The notes under the pieces: generated by a model
The model's database searches: none
Told to the model about the DNA's origin: nothing
The model's input: the letters and a program-made list of their open reading frames with translations, nothing else
In this document: positions 61,190 through 64,000 of the stretch, piece by piece
Layout of the letters: each line of letters starts with the position of its first letter
Numbering within the stretch: position 1 is the first letter of the stretch
Translations under genes and position numbers: made by a program
NCBI GenBank assembly: GCA_035084275.1
Contig: CM068748.1
Span: 4,402,001 to 4,466,000, forward strand
DNA: 64,000 nt
Origin: Hydrolagus colliei
Lineage: Eukaryota
Direction of reading: 5' to 3'

Positions 61190-63135
61190 AAAAAAAAGCT
61201 ATATAGTACCAGATTTTTTTTTAATCTACTATACAGTATTAGATTTTACCAGCTCCATGCTGTACCTTTTTCTGTGCCATCATTATCTCTATTATAAGGA
61301 TAACAGTTCATTGTAGTCAGCAGAATGTGTGATTCTGATATAGCCAGTAAGTATTCCCAGAGAACTCTTAATGTGTTATAATTTACTGCAAGGTGACAGA
61401 AGTCCCTACACAGGGTGACACCAGCATCTGAAAAATAGTCAAAACTAAAATTTAAAATTGTGTCTGCTTGTCCATGTGTGAAGCTTGTTTTGTATTCTCA
61501 GCAATCTGATGATGTCTCCAATGCCCTATTTTGGAATTACTTTTGTCCTGCTGTGAATTTACTGTATTTCAAATCTTTTGTTGCAGATTTCTGAAACTTG
61601 GAGAGATCCAAGTTCAGCTTGGATTCGTTTATTGGCCACAAATGTCCAATGCTAGCGTAGTATTATTAGTTTTGGGGGTCATTTGAAAACATTTACACAT
61701 GTTGGTAATTGCTTTCATTTTCCCTCTTGTTCCCATTTACCATTTTGTCATAACCCTTGATTTAAATAATTGAAATCTTTCTCTATTTTAATGATATTTT
61801 GCATCATTGCTTTTTTTTTATTGCCTTTTCTTTCCTCCATTTACTTGTACAATATCTGAAATGCTGTCCTCGTGAAAGGGTGAGATTCCTATATCGGCGA
61901 ATGAAACATTTCCAATGTTGACATCCAGTTTCAGCTTCGACTGCTCATTTTATACATTGTTATTTAGGATACAACCTTCTGATCGCGATTTCCATGTGGC
62001 TTGGATCAGAATCAAGGTTCCAGAGATGATGGACTCGCATATTCTAACTCGCTTTGCTATTCAGAGTCACATTGTACAGTATGTCTCTTCTTTCCTCCTT
62101 CTCCTAAAAATGTCAGTATTGGTGTTTGGTTCCATGGATGCAGTTGTCTTGTACTTTGGTGAAGTGACATTTCTTCATGCGGGAACCTGGGTAGTAAGCA
62201 CTAACGGGTTGTTCAGTTGTCAACAACCATGTCAACACACAAACGGACCATTGCTGGTTGCTTACCCTTCTCTACATAGATGACCCAGTTTATTTTCTAA
62301 TAATTATTGAGCTCAGTTGAATACTTAATTAAAAAAAAAAATTAGTTCATAACTGGAGCTGGTGGTAGAATGGATGATTTAATAAGTAACTGAAATGGCG
62401 TATAGAAAGAGATTCTGCTATAAAAGATATACATGCTGTGTGTCTTCTTGTGTAGTCGTCCACTATATTCAACCTGTGTGTTTGCTTCTACAAATATCTG
62501 AAACAGAAAATTTATATTTCACCAAAAATAACCAAACCAATGAAAAGTACATTTAAATGTTATTTATTCTGTGAGCACAATGCTGCATCAAAACTAGTGC
62601 TGAAACTTCTCACAGAATTGAAGTACTTGCCTCAACCTCGGGATTCTATTGTATGTAAGGGAGTCTCAAGACTACATTATCAAACAGTGGAGAACTCCCT
62701 CAGCAAACATTAAATAATGTTATTTGCTACCAAGTCTCCATACTGCAGTCTCAAACTAATTTTCTCAGTCTTCATAGTTCACTTCTTTCTTACAGTTCCT
62801 TTATGTCTTTTCATTTGACGCACTCACCATTGAAACTCCTTCCCAATTCTCCAGGTTACCCAAATTCTGGTAACTACGGCAACCTTACTGCTGCTGTAAG
62901 TAAGGAATATTTTCCACGATCTTTCCAGGCGTGGATTTGCTATTGGATTAAATTGAAGATTTTTCCCACGTATTGGATTGTTTGTGGTGAAGTACAATTT
63001 GCATACCTATTGAAAGTGAATAATTCTGTTGTTGCAAAGCATTATTTTTCGACTATTTCAAAAGGACGCCTTCAGAGAAATGTATAACTGATGACAGACC
63101 CCCCCACCCCAAACAAAAAGGTCTCTACTTAGGAG

Positions 63136-63204
63136 ACAACAACAACAACAAAATTACATAGGTATAACATTTTTCACATCGGGAGGACGTCCCCAGGCGC
63201 TGAA
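63136..63204 (-). mobile_element. L2 3'-tail fragment
   Basis: (caa)n aattaca..ttcacatcgggaggacgtccccaggcgctgaa. Confidence 0.85.
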
Positions 63205-63854
63205 GTGGTGTCTGAGAATTGAGGGAGCATTATTCAACTCTCCATAGGTTTGTTCAATTTTGAGAATTCATAATTAGTTCCGCCCTCTAATATTAGGCAA
63301 TCAAAGAGATTTGCAATGAAGATTATATTTGCACAAATATGTTAAAACTGACTAAAATTTCGTAGAAATTTGGGAATTTGTTGCACTCCATTCAATTTTT
63401 TTTGATTTAATGAATTTGTAAGTAGCTGCAGCCATCAAAATTGTGTATCTTACCAATAGTTATTGGTCAACAAGTTTAAATCATTACAATTCATCAAATT
63501 AAAATTGTAAGCACATAATTTTGGCTAATCAGTCCTTGAAGGGACTGAAACAAAATTTGCCTTGCCTGAGTCATTGGAACACATTAAGATTGATTGCCCA
63601 GTAGAATGGGATACTTTCTCTCTGCTGGAGTTCATGCAGTGAAGGACATAGACCATGCAGAGTGAGGGACGGGTATATAGGTATTTCTGACATACTTTTA
63701 AAGAATGCAGGACTTGGTTGTACCTAAATAAGCTCTTTATATTTCTGCACACCTCTGGTAAAATCTATTTGAAGGGTTGTTAAAATGGGAACCAATATCA
63801 TCAGAAATGTGTATAGATCTGTTTTCTGTATTCCTAAACCAGTGTGTGGAACCC

Positions 63855-63925
63855 TGACTGTACAGCGCCTTGGGATGTCCGCCTGATGTGGAAGGCGCTA
63901 TACAAATGTAAGTTGGTGTGTATTG
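63855..63925 (+). mobile_element. L2 3'-tail fragment
   Basis: gactgtacagcgccttgggatgtccgcctgatgtggaaggcgctatacaaatgtaag. Confidence 0.8.
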
Positions 63926-64000
63926 TATGAATAATGCTTCCCAATTTGAGCAATTTTAACACCCAATTTTACCCAGTTCTGTTTTAATTCTTTGTACTGA

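Overview
AT-rich, non-coding vertebrate DNA. I could not support any intact protein-coding gene or RNA gene; most listed ORFs look like chance or retroelement-derived frames. The repeat inventory suggests a cartilaginous fish, probably a holocephalan such as Callorhinchus. This is an inference from recalled repeat consensus motifs, not a database result. The inventory is: L2-clade LINE fragments with (TTG)n tails, a tRNA-headed SINE with an L2-like tail, CR1 3' ends, LF-SINE-like and Deu-domain SINEs, Penelope-type short inserts, and hAT and Tc1/pogo MITEs. The window may be the 5' end and very long first intron of a minus-strand gene: there is a CpG-retaining zone at about 57-58 kb, ATG|GTAAG exon ends at 58157 and 56632, and a strong L2 strand bias below 58 kb. 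Highlights: (1) Penelope-type inserts carrying decayed minimal hammerhead-ribozyme cores, one as a fold-back with a perfect 12-bp TSD. (2) Three independent insertions into the same stem-loop apex of the SINE tail. (3) About 40 TAC[A/T]GTA heptamers resembling Tc1/mariner excision footprints. (4) A GC-rich multi-hairpin segment at 57.35-57.49 kb. (5) A candidate antisense LF-SINE-derived exon. Repeat boundaries are approximate unless a TSD or TIR is quoted.
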